Below, in pieces: positions 11,795-24,406 of a stretch of DNA of 64,000 nucleotides. This stretch comes from Eledone cirrhosa (lineage: Eukaryota): contig OZ024743.1 in assembly GCA_964016885.1 (NCBI GenBank), positions 225,804,001 through 225,868,000 of the forward strand, written 5' to 3'. Position 1 is the first letter of the stretch, and each line of letters starts with the position of its first letter. Under the pieces are notes generated by a model. That model worked only from the letters and a program-made list of their open reading frames with translations, was not told the origin of the DNA and made no database searches. The position numbers were made by a program, and so were the translations under genes.

Positions 11795-14700
11795 TTACAG
11801 ACACATACTCAGAGAAGGCCCATTCATTCGGGCCATACTTGCTTCTCTCACCCATCTTTCAACAAAATGCTGGGAAGAGAGCACTTCCCTCTCTACCCTG
11901 ATTTTCCTTTTCAAATGAAATTTGAAAAGGTTAATCAAGGCATCACCGAAGAGGTAAGTGCTCGTCTTCAGCCCTTTCAAACGTGTCCACCATACTATCT
12001 CTTTCGCCATGGCCACCAGACAGATAAAAACTGCCTGTCCTTCCCGGCTAAAGGAAGGGGGCGGGGCAATCCTCACGATGGACTCAGCTGATAGCTGGAT
12101 CCGTCCTACACGTGACAGCAGGTGTTCGACATAAACTCACAAGTCAGCAATGCTCGGACACTGGACGAGTGCGTGCAGGACGGTTTCGTCGCCCTGCGCG
12201 CATCTCGGACATGCCCGGCTGACGGCACCTCCATGCCTGTAGATTTATCCCGAACTGGCAAAGCTCCTCGGTAGCACTGCCAGGCCAGGGATTTCTGGAA
12301 GTTGTCCATAGGCCCGGGCCCGAAAGTCCTTCCGAAGAGATTGGCTAGTTGATTTTCGTCGACGCCTAGAGTTTCTCCAAGTACGTCGTCGCTCTTCCCC
12401 TCCACTAATCCCCTATAGAACGCCAAGGTGGAGTTTCCACCGATCACATTGCCCGATTGGTCGAGGGCTGTGAGCGCCTGAAGACATTCCAGTCTCCAAG
12501 CGCTCCCTCTCGGTCTTCGCTTGACCCAGGACTGCAGCTCCGTCAAGGAGACGAGCTGGGGAAAAACGTGTCTAGCAAACGGCGACCACACCTGATCACC
12601 GTCGAGGAAGAGGTGGAGATGTCGTAGCCTGAGCGCGTGTCTGCGCATCATCAGCCACGGCAAGCCCATCCCTCCACGTAGCGGGTGTTGACAGCAGATG
12701 GACTGCCTGACCATCGGAGCGCGTCCCTTCCACAAGAAGCGAAAGAGCAAACGCTCCAGCGCAGTCAGGCGGGGCTTAGGACAAGGTACGACGGTCAGGC
12801 GGTAGTAGATGACGGATGCGATGTACGCATTCGCCACCTCCGCTCGACCTTTCAGGGATAGCTTCCTCTCGGCCCATTTCTGGGTGAGAGAAGCCACCCT
12901 GCTCGTCACCTCGTCCCAGTTTTTGTCCGTCTGGAAGTCTGGACCGAACCAGACCCCTAGCAATTTAACCGGTCCGTCCGTCCAGCGCCCGACGACGCTG
13001 TTGGACGGCATGGACCTGCCTCTCCAGGTGCCGAGCTGCAGGCCCACTGACTTTTACTGGTTGATCATTGCTCCTGTCACCGCTTCGTATTCTCTTAGTG
13101 TAGTGCCGATCGCCTCGATGTGTTTCGCGTTCGACACCACTACGGTGACATCGTCGGCATATGCTGACACGGATCTTCCGCATCCTAGTTCGCGCGGGAC
13201 CCCCCTCAACGTCTCCAGTTTGTGCAGTAATGTCTCGAGAGTCAATACGTACAATAGGGACGAGAGGGGACATCCTTGGCGGACCGAGCGCATGTTGTTG
13301 AACGGTTCCGAAATGTGACCGTTCACTCTCACTACAGAGCAGATGTCGCTGTGCATGGCAGCGATCCAGCCTCTGAAGACGGGCCCAAAGCCAGCCGCCC
13401 TCAGGACTGCCGCTAGGTAACGATGGTCGACCCTATCGAAGGCTTTCGACTGATCTAAATTGATCAAAGACCCACCCGTGCCAGGTTCCCTAGCTACCCT
13501 CTCTACGATGTATCGCATGAGGTGGAGGTTGTCGTGGATGGATCTGTCGGGAATGGCGCATGTCTGTGCCTCTCCCACCAGACCACCAACGACAAGCGCC
13601 AACCACTTTGTTAGCACCTTGGTCAAAATCTTGAACTCTGTGTTTAGCAGAGTTATGGGCCTAAAATTATCTATGTTATCCCTCTTGTTCGGATCCTTTC
13701 TCAGCAGCGCCACCGCTCCTCGGCTCACAGAGCTGGGAATTCTCGCGTTCTGTTGCCAGTTGCAGTAGACGTCCGCCAAGAGGCCTCCGAACAAGTTTGG
13801 CATTTGTACGTAAAGTTCATAGGGCAGACCATCCAAACCAGGCGATTTACCCCTTGTGCAACTAGTCATTGCATCCCGTACTTCAGCGGTTGTTATCGGC
13901 TTTTCGCAACACTCCGCCTCAGTGGCCGAAAGCCGCAGCAGTCCGTCGAGGTAGACACTAAAGTCCATCCCTCGATCCGGCCCGCCGCTGCCCCCGAACA
14001 GTTGAGCGAAGTGTCGCTGAAAAGCTTCACACATTTTCCCGGGATCGAGTAGCATGCGTCCGTCGTGGTCCACCAAAGACCGGATCGTGGCTTTGTTGCC
14101 ACGACGCGCCTCCGCCACTCGGGCCCATTGAACGGCTTTCGTCCCCTCGTGTCTGAGAGCACGCACCCTAGCTCTGACAACGCAGCCTTCGTGCTTTGCA
14201 TGGAAGAATTGGTCAAGGGCCAATTTCGCCGCAAGCACGTCGGTCGCGATGCCTTTGCTAAGCGCCTCATCTAATTTTCTAACTAGTTCTCCCTCTGCTC
14301 TATTTTTCTCTATTGCTAAAGTCTTACTAAACCTAATGGACTCTATTCTAATTGCTCTTTTCAGAGCAAACCACCACTTGTTGTTGACGATGGCCCCCGT
14401 CAACGCCCGCTTAACTAGTTCGCTAATCCGGTCTCTGTAGGCCTTGCGCGCTGGTAAGGACGCGTTTAGCTTCCAGTAGCCGGGTCCTCGTCTATGAAGC
14501 CTATCTAAGTCAAGCACACACATCACGAATTTGTGGTCCGTGTAGCTGACTATCTTGAATTGTGGACAGCCTATGCTAGACCTATCTATTTCCCTACAAA
14601 ATACTCTATCTAGATATGATCTGGATGACCCTATGCGATTTGTCCAAGTCCACATTGGTACATTCGGGAAATCCATTCGGTACCTGTCAGACAGTTCAAA

Positions 14701-15213
14701 ACGTCTGAGCAGGTTGGTGAGACTCTTGCACCCTCCTTCCCTATCCACTAATCCCACACAATCCCAGCGTGCATCTAAGATCCCGTTCCAGTCGCCCACT
14801 AACACTAAAGAGCGGGACGTTCCAAGAAAGGTCTCCAGACGCCGGAAGAAATCAGGCCGCCCTGCTCCTGTCGGGGCATAGACGGCCACTAACCTGAAAC
14901 CTTGCCCGTCTCCGCTGGTCACTTCCAGCACCACCAACTTACCTTCTGGGTCCAGGAAGATGGCCCGTATGGCAAGACCCAAACCTCTCCGAAAAAGCAC
15001 AGCAACTCCTCCCCCCGATCCCGGACGGCTGGGAGATGCGTACACATCGTAGCCGCCGAAGATCGGTGCGAAAGCCTGTGCTTCGGAGATTCTGGTCTCG
15101 CTGATGGCCACTACATCTATGTTTAGTGACCTGAGGTCGTTGAGCAGGTGGCCCTGCTTCCATGACGACCCCAAGCCACGCGCATTTATGCTGCCTATTC
15201 TGAGTGAGGTCAT
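11795..15213 (-). pseudogene. A4 ORF2 (APE-RT) with stops and a frameshift
   Basis: ORFs 13054-15213, 12106-13047 and 11795-12076. Confidence 0.9.
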
Positions 15214-15247
15214 GTTGAAAAGGAGTGGAAAAGATAGGAAAGACCAC

Positions 15248-17255
15248 TTACCTTACTTCTCGTAGGGGAAGGACGGTTTTTCCATCCTTTTCACTGCTTC
15301 TGGCCTCCTCAGGAAGGATGTCCTTATAAATCCTCCTGGAGAGTGCTTGTCGGAAGTCTCCGATGTCTTTGGGGAATTTTTGTTTTAGTGTCATGTACGT
15401 TTTCTGTGTGATGCGAGTGATTTGTATGTGTGGAGGTGGTGTGAATTTGTGGGTTGTTGTGTAGTCTTTTTCTGTGATGCTGGTGTTGTGTTGGATGTAG
15501 TGTAATAATTGCTTGTTGTTCAAATTTAATGCTGTGTAGTGTGTATCGTTTTGGTTGTTTTGTTTTGTTTGCGTTTGTTGTGGGTTTGTTTCTGTTTCGC
15601 ATTTTGGTGACTTTTGTGGTGTAGGTGATGGTGGTGTTGGGGTTAATGATGGTGATGGTGTTGGTGTTTGTGTTGATGGGGTTGGTGATGCTGGTGTGGA
15701 TGGTGGCATATCTGTCCTAACTTTTTTGTTTGTTAATTTATTTGTTTCCCTCTGTATTTTGTTTTTGGAGGGGGAAGGAAGATAATTTTTTCTTTTTTGG
15801 TTTCTTTTTTTTTTCCGGATATCGTTTCCCACTCCTCGTCGTCACAATCTGTCTCCAGTTGTGATAGACCGGGGAGTGTAAAATCCTCCACAGCCGTTAG
15901 TTTTAGATGTGGCGTGGTGGATGGTGTAGGCGCTGGTGCTAGTTCTGAAGCGTTGGGTGGTGGTGGTGTTGGTTTTGCTGGTGGTGGTGGTGGTGTTGGT
16001 TTTGCTACTGTTGCTGGGGTTGTTGCTGTTATAGTTGCTTCTGTTGTTGCTGCTACAGTTGTTGCTGCCATCTCTGCTACTGGTGGTGTTGATGGTTGTG
16101 TCACTGGGGTGGGTAGGAGAGGTGGCCTCAACCTTTTAGCCTGAGGGCAGAAAGCCCTTAGGTGGGTTCCTTCACCACAAACGACACACCTAGGTCTTCT
16201 GCCCTCGACAATTACCGTGAGGTGACTGCCGTCAGTGAAGTCTATTACCTCTGGGATCTCCTCAATGCTTTTTTGGTCCGCTTGGATCAGGAGCTCCATC
16301 CCAGATCCGAACCAGTTCTCCTGCTTTTCTTTTGCTATTGCTATTATTTTCGTGTTGGCTTCGATGCCGGCGAGGACGGCCGCTATTAGCCAGGTAATTT
16401 CGATGGCCGGTGGAACGTCGGTCACCCTGCTCTTTACGAGTCTCTGGCCACAATAGCTTGGGACGAGTGTGAAGTCGTCACTTCTTAATGGGGCCATGGA
16501 GTGTTCTCTAGCCTCCTCTGGTGTTTCAAAGAACACGTCCACGGTTCCATACTTTTGCCCACGTCTGATGTGGGTTTTTCTTGCCCACACATGTCCCAAA
16601 GCTCTTTGGATTTGGGACTCGGATGCCCGTTCCACTCGGCGCGATTTTACATTTATTGTTCTATACGTCACGGTGCAAATGCGCCGATGCTCCATTTTAT
16701 TAGGTGGTTGGGGGGGGGGGGGGGGGGTGAGACTGACCCTGTACCCATCTTTCTTTACCATTTGTTTGGCATTTTCTAAATCCTCCTGAGTTACCGTAAA
16801 TGCTTCGAACTGTTTTGCTACTCTGGCGAAACTGAGGGTCGGTTTTATAATGTCATTGTTGTTGTTGTTGCTATCGTTATTTGTGTTAATATTAATTTTA
16901 GTTTCAGTTGTGGTGGTGGTGACGTCAGTCGTCTTTGGTGGCGAAGAGTCCATTTTGCTTGATTTCATTTCGACATCACGAGTTAATTTATTTTTTTCTT
17001 CTTTTGTTTCTTTTGTCGCGGTGGTGGTTGGGGTGGTGGTTGTCGCGGTGGTGGTGGTGGGGGAGGCTTTAACACCTGCAGTCATTGATAATGGCGGGAA
17101 ATGAATGTCTGCCTGAGACAAATTTAAAATATTGCTAGTGCTTATATTTTTTTTGTGTTGGCAAACGTAGTAACATTTACAATGGTGGTGTCGGTGTGAG
17201 GTGTTAATTTGTGAGGAAGGCTTTCAGCTGCTTGTTGCAGAGGTGAAGTAGCCAT
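15248..17255 (-). pseudogene. A4 ORF1, frameshifted at A-runs
   Basis: ORFs 15733-17121 and 15248-15832, with CCHC knuckle. Confidence 0.85.
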
Positions 17256-17462
17256 TTTTTTCAAAGAAATTTTTGGATAATAATAAAAGTTGAAACTTTT
17301 TGCACAAGGCCCCAATCTTTTTGGGTGTCCTTTTCGGAAAACAATGTATGTGCGCTTATATATGGTTAACAATAAAAATTTTCCATAAATGGCAATTTTA
17401 ACAAACAGAAATAACAAACCTTTGCGGAGCTCACGATGATACGATTTACTACGTAGGTCGCC

Positions 17463-17528
<66 letters not shown>
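17463..17528. repeat. (AAT)n spacer, A4/A5
   Basis: Direct reading. Confidence 0.95.
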
Positions 17529-17529
<1 letters not shown>

Positions 17530-17771
17530 TTTTCTTTATTAACCACAAGGGTTTACATAAAGTAGACATTAAGGACAGTACAGGACAATACAGGACGGTA
17601 CAAATGGGCATTTCTGCATGTAAGAAAAAACAGAGGAAGTAATAAAAACTAACAATGAAAAATTCCCCAATAGGGGGAGACTTCCGAGGGACATTTGTGG
17701 AGAAAGCCCATTAAAAGGCCACAGTGAGCCTGACCAGGGCAAGTGCCCTCTCCCAGTTTTCCGCCTTTAAA

Positions 17772-20700
17772 TTACAGACACATACTCAGAGTAGGTCCAT
17801 TCACTCGGGCCATACTTGCTTCTCTCACCCATCTTTCAACAAAATGCTGGGAAGAGAGCACTTCCCTCTCTACCCTGATTTTCCTTTTCAAATGAAATTT
17901 GAAAAAGTTAATCAGGGCATCACCGGAGATGTAAGTGCTCGTCTTTCAGCACTTTCAAACGTGTCCACCATACTATCTCTTTCGCCATGGCCACCAGACA
18001 GATAAAAACTGCCTGCCCTTCCCGGCTAAAGGAAGAGGGCAGGGCAATCCTCACGATGGACTAAGCTGATAGCTAGATCCGTCCTACACGTGACAGCAGG
18101 TGTTCGACATAAACCCACAAGTCAGCAATGCTCGGACACTGGACGAGTGCGTGCAGGACGGTTTCGTCGCCCTGCGCGCATCTCGGACATGCTCGGCTGA
18201 CGGCACCTCCATGCCTCTAGAGTTTATCCCGAACTGGCAAAGCTCCTCGGTAGCACTGCCAGGCCAGGGGTTTCTGGAAGTTGTCCATAGGCCCGGGCCC
18301 GAAAGTCCTTCCGAAGGGATTGGCTAGTTGATTTTCGTCGACGCCTAGAGTTTCTCTAAGTATGTCGTCGCCCTTCCCCTCCACTAATCCACTATAGAAC
18401 GCGAAGGTGGAGTTTCCACCGATCACATTGCCCGATTGGTGGAGGGCTGTGAGCGCCTGAAGATATTCCAGTCTCCAAGCACTCCCTCTCGGTCTTCGCT
18501 TGACCCAGGACTGCAGCTCCGTCAAGGAGACGAGCTGGGGAAAGACGTGTCTAACAAACGGCGACCACACCTGATCACCGTCGAGGAAGAGGTGGAGATG
18601 TCGTAGCCTGAGCGCGTGTCTGCGCATCATCAGCCACGGCATGCCCAGCCCTCCACGTAGCGGGTGTTGACAGCAGATGGACCGCCTGACCATCGGAGCG
18701 CGTTCCTTCCACAATAAGCGAAAGAGCAAACACTCCAGCGCAGTCAGGCGGGGCTTAGGACAAGGTACGACGGTCAGGCGGTAGTAGATGACGGACGCGA
18801 TGTACGCGTTAGCCATCTCCGCTTGACCTTTCAGGGATAGCTTCCTCTCGGCCCATTTCTGGGTGAGAGAAGCCACCCTGCTCGTCACCTCGTCCCAGTT
18901 TTTGTCCTTCTGGAGGTCCGGAGCGAACCAGACCCTTAGCAATTTAACCGGTCCGTCCGCCCAGCGCCCGACGACGCTGTTGGACAGCATGGACCTGCCT
19001 CTCCAGGTGCCGAGCTGCAGGCCCACTGACTTTTCCTGGTTGATCATTGCTCCTGTCACCGCTTCGTATTCTCTTAGTGTAGTGCCGATCGCCTCGATGT
19101 GTTTGGCGTTCGACACCACTACGGTGACATCGTCCGCATATGCTGAAACGGATCTTCCGCATCCTAGTTCGCGCGGGACCCCTCTTAACGTCTCCAGTTT
19201 GTGCAGTAATGGCTCGAGAGTCAATACGTATAAGAGTGACGAGAGGGGACATCCTTGGCGGACCGAGCGCATGATGTTGAACGATTCCGAAAGGTGACCG
19301 TTCACTCTCACCACACAGAGCAGATGTCTCTGTTCATGGCAGCGATCCAGCCTCTGAAGATGGGCCCAAGGCCAGCCGCCCTCAGGACTGCCGTCAGGTT
19401 CCTTAGCTACCCTCTCCACGATGTATTGCATGAGGTGGAGGTTGTCGTGGATGGATCTGTCGGGAATGGCGCATGTCTGCGCCTCTCCCACGAGACCACC
19501 AACGACAAGCGCCAACCTCATTGCTAGCACCTTGGCAAAAATCTTGAATTCTGTATTTAGCAGAGTTATGGGCCTGAAATTATCTATGTTATCCCCCTTG
19601 TTCGGATCCTTTCTCAGCAGCGCCACAGCTCCTCGGCTCACAGAGCTGGGAATTCTCCCGTTCTGTTGCCAGTTGCAGTAGACGTCCGCCAAGAGCCCTC
19701 CGAACAAGTCTGGCATCTGTATGTAAAGTTCATAGGGCAGACCATCCAAACCAGGCGATTTACCCCTTGTGCAGCCAGTCATTGCCTCCCTTACTTCGGC
19801 GGCTGTTATCGGCTTTTCGCAACACTCCGCCTCAGTGGTCGAGAGCCGCGGCAGTCCGTCGAGGTAGACACTAAAGTCCATCCCTCGATCCGGCCCGCCG
19901 CTTCGCCCGAACAGCTGAGCGAAGTGTCGCTGAAAAGCTTCACACATTTGCCCGGGATCGAGTAGCATGCGCCCGTCGTGGTCCACCAAAGACTGAATCG
20001 TGGCTTTGTTGACACGCCCCCCCCCCCCCCCCGCTGCCACTCGGGCCCATTGAACGGCTTTCGTCCCCTCGTGTCTGAGAGCACGCACCCTAGCTCTGAC
20101 AACGCAGCTTTCGTACTGGCATTGAAGAATTGGTCAAGGGCCATTTCTCCGCAAGTACGTCGGTCACGATGCCTTTACTAAGCGCCTCATCTAATTTTCT
20201 AACTAATTCTCCCTCTGCTCTATTTTTCTCTATTGCTAAAACCTTACTAAACCTAATGGACTCTATTCTAATTGCTCTTTTCAGAGCAAACCACCACTTG
20301 TTGTTGACGATGGCCCCCGTCAACGCCCGCTTAACTAGTTCGCTAATCCGGTCTCTGCAGGATGCGCGCTGGTAAGGACGCGTGTAGCTTCCAGTAGCCG
20401 GGTCCTCGTCTATGAAGCCTATCTAAGTCAAGCACACAGATCACGAATTTGTGGTCCGTGTAGCTGACTATCTTGAATTGTGGACAGCCTATGCTAGACC
20501 TATCTATTTCCATGCAAAATACTCTATCTAGATATGATCCCGTTTGTCCAAGTCCACATTGGCACATTCCGGAAATCCAATCGGTACCTGTCACACAGTT
20601 CAAAACGCCTGAGCAGGTTGGTGAGGCTCTTGCACCCTCCTCCCCTATCCGCTAATCCCACACAGTCCCAGCGTGCATCTAAGATCCCGTTCCAGTCGCC

Positions 20701-21101
20701 CACTAACACTAAAGAAAGGTCTCCAAACGCCGGAAGAAATCAGGCCGCCCTGCTCCTGTCGGGGCATAGACGCCCACTAGCCTGAAAGCTTGCCCGTCTC
20801 CGCTGATCACCTCCAGCACCACCAACTTACCTTCTGGGTCCAGGAAGATGGCCATAATGGCGAGATCCAAACCTCTCCGAAAAAGCACAGCAACTCCTCC
20901 CCCCGATCCAGGACGGCTAGGAGATGCGTACACACCATAGCCGCCGAAGATCGGTGCGAAAGCCCATGCTTCGGAGATTCTGGTCTCGCTGATGGCCACT
21001 ACATCTATGTTTAGTGACCTGAGGTCGTTGAGCAGGTGGCCCTGCTTCCATGACGACCCCAAGCCACGCGCATTTATGCTGCCTATTCTGAGTGAGGTCA
21101 T
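17772..21101 (-). pseudogene. A5 ORF2, several small deletions and frameshifts
   Basis: ORFs 20709-21101, 20343-20603, 20090-20323 and 18217-20088. Confidence 0.88.
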
Positions 21102-21135
21102 GTTGAAATGGAGTGGAAAAGATGGGAAAAACCAC

Positions 21136-23200
21136 TTACCTTACTTCTCGTAGAGGAAGGATGGTTTCTCCATCCCTTTTCACTTGATCGTCTGGTGAAG
21201 GGACCGTTGAATCGTCCCTTCGGTTGGTCGTCGGCTCTTCTGTGAGTATATCCGAATATACTCTCCGGTTGAGTGTCCCTCCTTGGTCTCTGAAATCAAC
21301 AACTGCGTTGGGAAATTTCTTTTTCGTGTGAGTGTATTGTTTCTGTGCTATTCTTACCAGTCTTATGTTCGTTGGTGTTTTGATTGGTGCTGGTATTATG
21401 TAGTCGTGCTGTGAAATGTCTGTGTTCAATTATGTAAGTCATTAGTTTCTTTTTGTGTGTATTTATTGCTGTGCATTTCTTTTTCTGGGGTGGGGTGTGG
21501 TTCTGTTATTTTCTTGTCGTTGTTGCTGGCTGTGTGTGTTTTGTTGTTGTGTTTGCGATGTTGGTGCTTGTGGTGGCGGTGTTGAAGGTGTTGTTGATGG
21601 CGGTGGGGTTGCCGCCCGTGGTGCTAGTGTTGGTGGTGTTGCTGCTGTAAGTCTCTTTGCAGTAGCCTTTACCCTCTTTTCATTTCTTCCCTCCCTTTTC
21701 GAAGGCGACGATGCGCTGCTTCTGCGTTTGTGCCTTCTTGCGACCTTTTGCCATCCCTCGCCCACTTCACACTCCATGTCCGATTCTGTGAGGTCGAGGA
21801 GGGGTACCAGCTCCACTATTTCACTTTTTCTTGTTGGTGATGATTGCAGTGGAGTCTCTGGGTATTACTGTTATTGTTGTTAATACTTCCACTGCTGCTG
21901 CTGTTCTTGATTTCCGTGGCGTGGGTATGGGTGCCACGGACCTATCCTTCCTGCTTGCCGCCTGTCCTGTTGCTGGTACCAGTGGAGCCGGTTTCGGAAG
22001 GAGGAGGGTGTTCTCCTTTCTCAGGGTCTTCTCGTTGCAGAAGGCCCTGAGATGAGCCTTCGACCCACAGCGAAAGCATTTCAGGCGTTTGCCCTCAACA
22101 CTTATGGGAAGTTGAGTGCCGTTATCGAAGTCTATTACATCCGGGACAGCTTCGATGCACTCCTGGTTGTTTGAATTAATATCTCAATGGAGGTGCCGAC
22201 CCAATCTTCTCGTACTTTTTTCTGTACTTGCAGTACAGTTGTTTTGTCCTCGATTCCGACGAGGACAGACGCGGCCAGCCAAGAAGGAGCCATCCCGAGG
22301 GGGACGTGGGTCAGTTTGACCCTCACAATTTTTTGCTCGCAGTAGGAAGGCTCCAACACCATTTCCTCGCTCCTTAGGGTCACTAAGGATTGGGCCTTTG
22401 CCTCCTGGGGTGTGGCAAAAAGCGGTGGCATATTTCTTACCTCGGGTGATATGCGTTTTCCGCTGCCACACAGACCCTAAGGCTTTTTGTATTTGAGCCT
22501 CTGTGGCTCTTTCAACCCTACGTGATTTTGTGCTTTCTGTACGGCTTAAATTTTTCGGCTGCCTTGCAGATTGCTCGGTGACGGGTTTTCGTCACCATCT
22601 TCTTTGCTTCCTGTAATTCCTCATTTGTTATAAGGTTCGTTTCCAGGTTCTTTGCGATACCTGCAAACGAGATTGGTTTTTCTTTCTTGTTGTTGTTGTC
22701 GTCAGAGCTGTTGTTTCTTTTGTTGTTGCTGCTGGTACTACGACAGCCGCCGCCGCTGTTGCTGTGGTTGTTGTTGTTGTTGCTGCTGCTGCTGTTGTTG
22801 TTGCTGTTGCTGCTGCTGCTGTTTTTGTTTATGCTGCTGCTGATGTTGCGGCTGCTACTAGTGTTTTCCTTGTCACTGTTGCTGCTGCTGCTGTTATTGC
22901 GGCTGCTGCTGCTATTATTCATGACGTCAGACGAATGAAATGGCTTTCCGTATTTACCGCACACATTTTTCGTCGTTGTCGTCGTCGTGGAGAAATGTTC
23001 CACGGTATGCACGTTCTCTTGGTGAAACCCACCAGAAACTATATTTTTCTTTTTCTTTAATGGCGTCGCTTGCGAAAGAGGCGACACCACATTTAGAGAA
23101 GGGAGTGAGAGAGACAATCTTCTCTCTGATCTAATGACGATTGAGGAAGAAGAAGACGGAAAGAGTGAGAGTGACTTGTGAACATTTTTTTTGTAGCCAT
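21136..23200 (-). pseudogene. A5 ORF1 (alternative type), frameshifted
   Basis: RVERATEAQIQKALGSVWQRKTHITRGKKY corresponds to RVERASESQIQRALGHVWARKTHIRRGQKY of A4. CFRCGSKAHLRAFC knuckle at ~22040-22080. Ser/Asn-rich N-terminus. Confidence 0.8.
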
Positions 23201-23425
23201 GTTTTTTTTCGGTTTAAAATGGATATTTGGCTCAAAATCCCAATAAGCGGTTATTTAACCCCGAAGGGCCAAATAACGGGCAGAAATACCCCTCTCACGA
23301 GAAGGAGGGTGTTTTTATCTACAATTTGTTTCAAGTTTTAAACAATTTACAATTGTTATAGAGGTGAAAAATTACTATACCTTACAGATCCGAGCCTCCG
23401 TCAACCATGGCATAATAATAATAAT

Positions 23426-23612
23426 GAAGATGATGATGTTAATGGTTTCAGATTTAGGCACAAGGCCAGCAATTGGAGGGAAGGAGAAGTCGATTAAATC
23501 GACTTCAGTGCGTTACTGGTACTTTATTTTATCGACCCCGTAAGGATGAAAGGCAAAGCTAACCTCGGCAGGATTTGAACTCAGAACGTAAATGGTTGTA
23601 ACTCTAGTTTTA
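23426..23612 (-). mobile_element. tRNA-derived SINE (cephalopod type), head missing
   Basis: B-box GAGTTCAAATCC on the minus strand. Core TTTATCGACCCCG.AAGGATGAAAGGCAAAG is shared with 37663-37847. (ATC/ATT)n tail. Confidence 0.75.
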
Positions 23613-23623
23613 CAGTTAATATG

Positions 23624-23665
<42 letters not shown>

Positions 23666-23666
<1 letters not shown>

Positions 23667-23720
23667 ATTGGCAGTATCGGTAGAGGGTCGGACGCCATGC
23701 TTTCCAGCATAGTTACGTCC

Positions 23721-23724
<4 letters not shown>
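23666..23724 (+). mobile_element. SINE head fragment
   Basis: GGATTGGCAGTATCGGTAGAGGGTCGGACGCC is the reverse complement of 37809-37840. A-box-like. Confidence 0.65.
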
Positions 23725-23756
<32 letters not shown>

Positions 23757-23822
23757 GTTATTCCGGGTTGAATCGGAGGTAACCACAGTAAGTAAGGTAC
23801 TCAATACATAGCAGAGTATAAC

Positions 23823-23947
23823 AGTTTTAATATAGATGAGATTCTACAGGACTAGAACTGTTTCATTCATTAGAAATCATCAGGAGATTCCTGATGATTT
23901 CTAATGAATGAAACAGTTCTAGTCCTGTAGAATCTCATCTATATTAA

Positions 23948-23951
<4 letters not shown>
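23823..23951. repeat. Perfect palindrome, ~63-bp arms, 3-nt loop
   Basis: Arms 23823-23885 and 23889-23951. Confidence 0.92.
23884..23936 (+). ncRNA. Type I hammerhead ribozyme
   Basis: gagattc-CTGATGA-tttctaatgaat-GAAA-cag..ctg-TA-gaatctc: 7-bp stem I, stem III acag/ctgt, weak stem II. Confidence 0.75.
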
Positions 23952-24000
<49 letters not shown>

Positions 24001-24002
24001 GC

Positions 24003-24406
24003 TTTTAATTAAGCATACAGTATATTGCAAAATACACTATATATACATTCATATATATATCGCTATTTCAGAGCACCAATTCTAATTTTCATCTTCTGCT
24101 TGACCGGCAACCGCTCTGTATAATCAGTTCCTGATTATTACTAGAATTCTATAAGAACCAAACATTCATGATTTTCAGCAAACAGGTGGAGTACTTAGCT
24201 TTGATAAGCACCAAAAAGTGCGAAACAGGATTCTGTCAGCTTTATCTCCCCTGTTTGATGAAAATTAAAGTAAGTGAGATTGTCACTACTCTAAAACAAT
24301 AGCGTAAGGTCTTCGAAATGGTTTTAATTAAGCATACAGTGTATTGCAAAATACACTATATATACATTCATATATATATCGCTATTTCAGAGCACCAATT
24401 CTAATA
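24003..24406 (+). mobile_element. ~320-bp unit with ~85-bp terminal direct repeat and internal hammerhead (retrozyme- or pLTR-like)
   Basis: 24003-24086 is repeated at 24322-24406. (TA)n flanks. Confidence 0.65.
24197..24241 (+). ncRNA. Type I hammerhead, U3-A8 core variant
   Basis: agct-TTGATAA-gcac(caaaaa)gtgc-GAAA-cag(gatt)ctg-TC-agct; all three stems pair. Confidence 0.78.

Larger units (their letters stand above)
11551..17462 (-). mobile_element. Tx1-A copy A4, full length
   Basis: Colinear with A3 and has the same termini. Confidence 0.95.
17529..23411 (-). mobile_element. Tx1-A copy A5, full length, with divergent 5'UTR-ORF1
   Basis: ORF2 and 3'UTR match A3. Sequence above ~21183 does not align at the DNA level but encodes a homologous ORF1. 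(AAT)n at 23412-23425. Confidence 0.9.

Noticed and set aside
15733-15832. Programmed -1 frameshift in Tx1-A ORF1 (A1, A3 and A4 all stop at KYRGKQIN)
   Set aside because: The indel sits in a different A-run in A1 than in A3/A4, and B4 shifts in the other direction. Homopolymer slippage or sequencing error is simpler.
4175-23425. CRISPR-like or telomeric array
   Set aside because: The spacers are whole LINEs and the repeat is AAT, not TTAGGG. Eukaryotic context, no cas genes.
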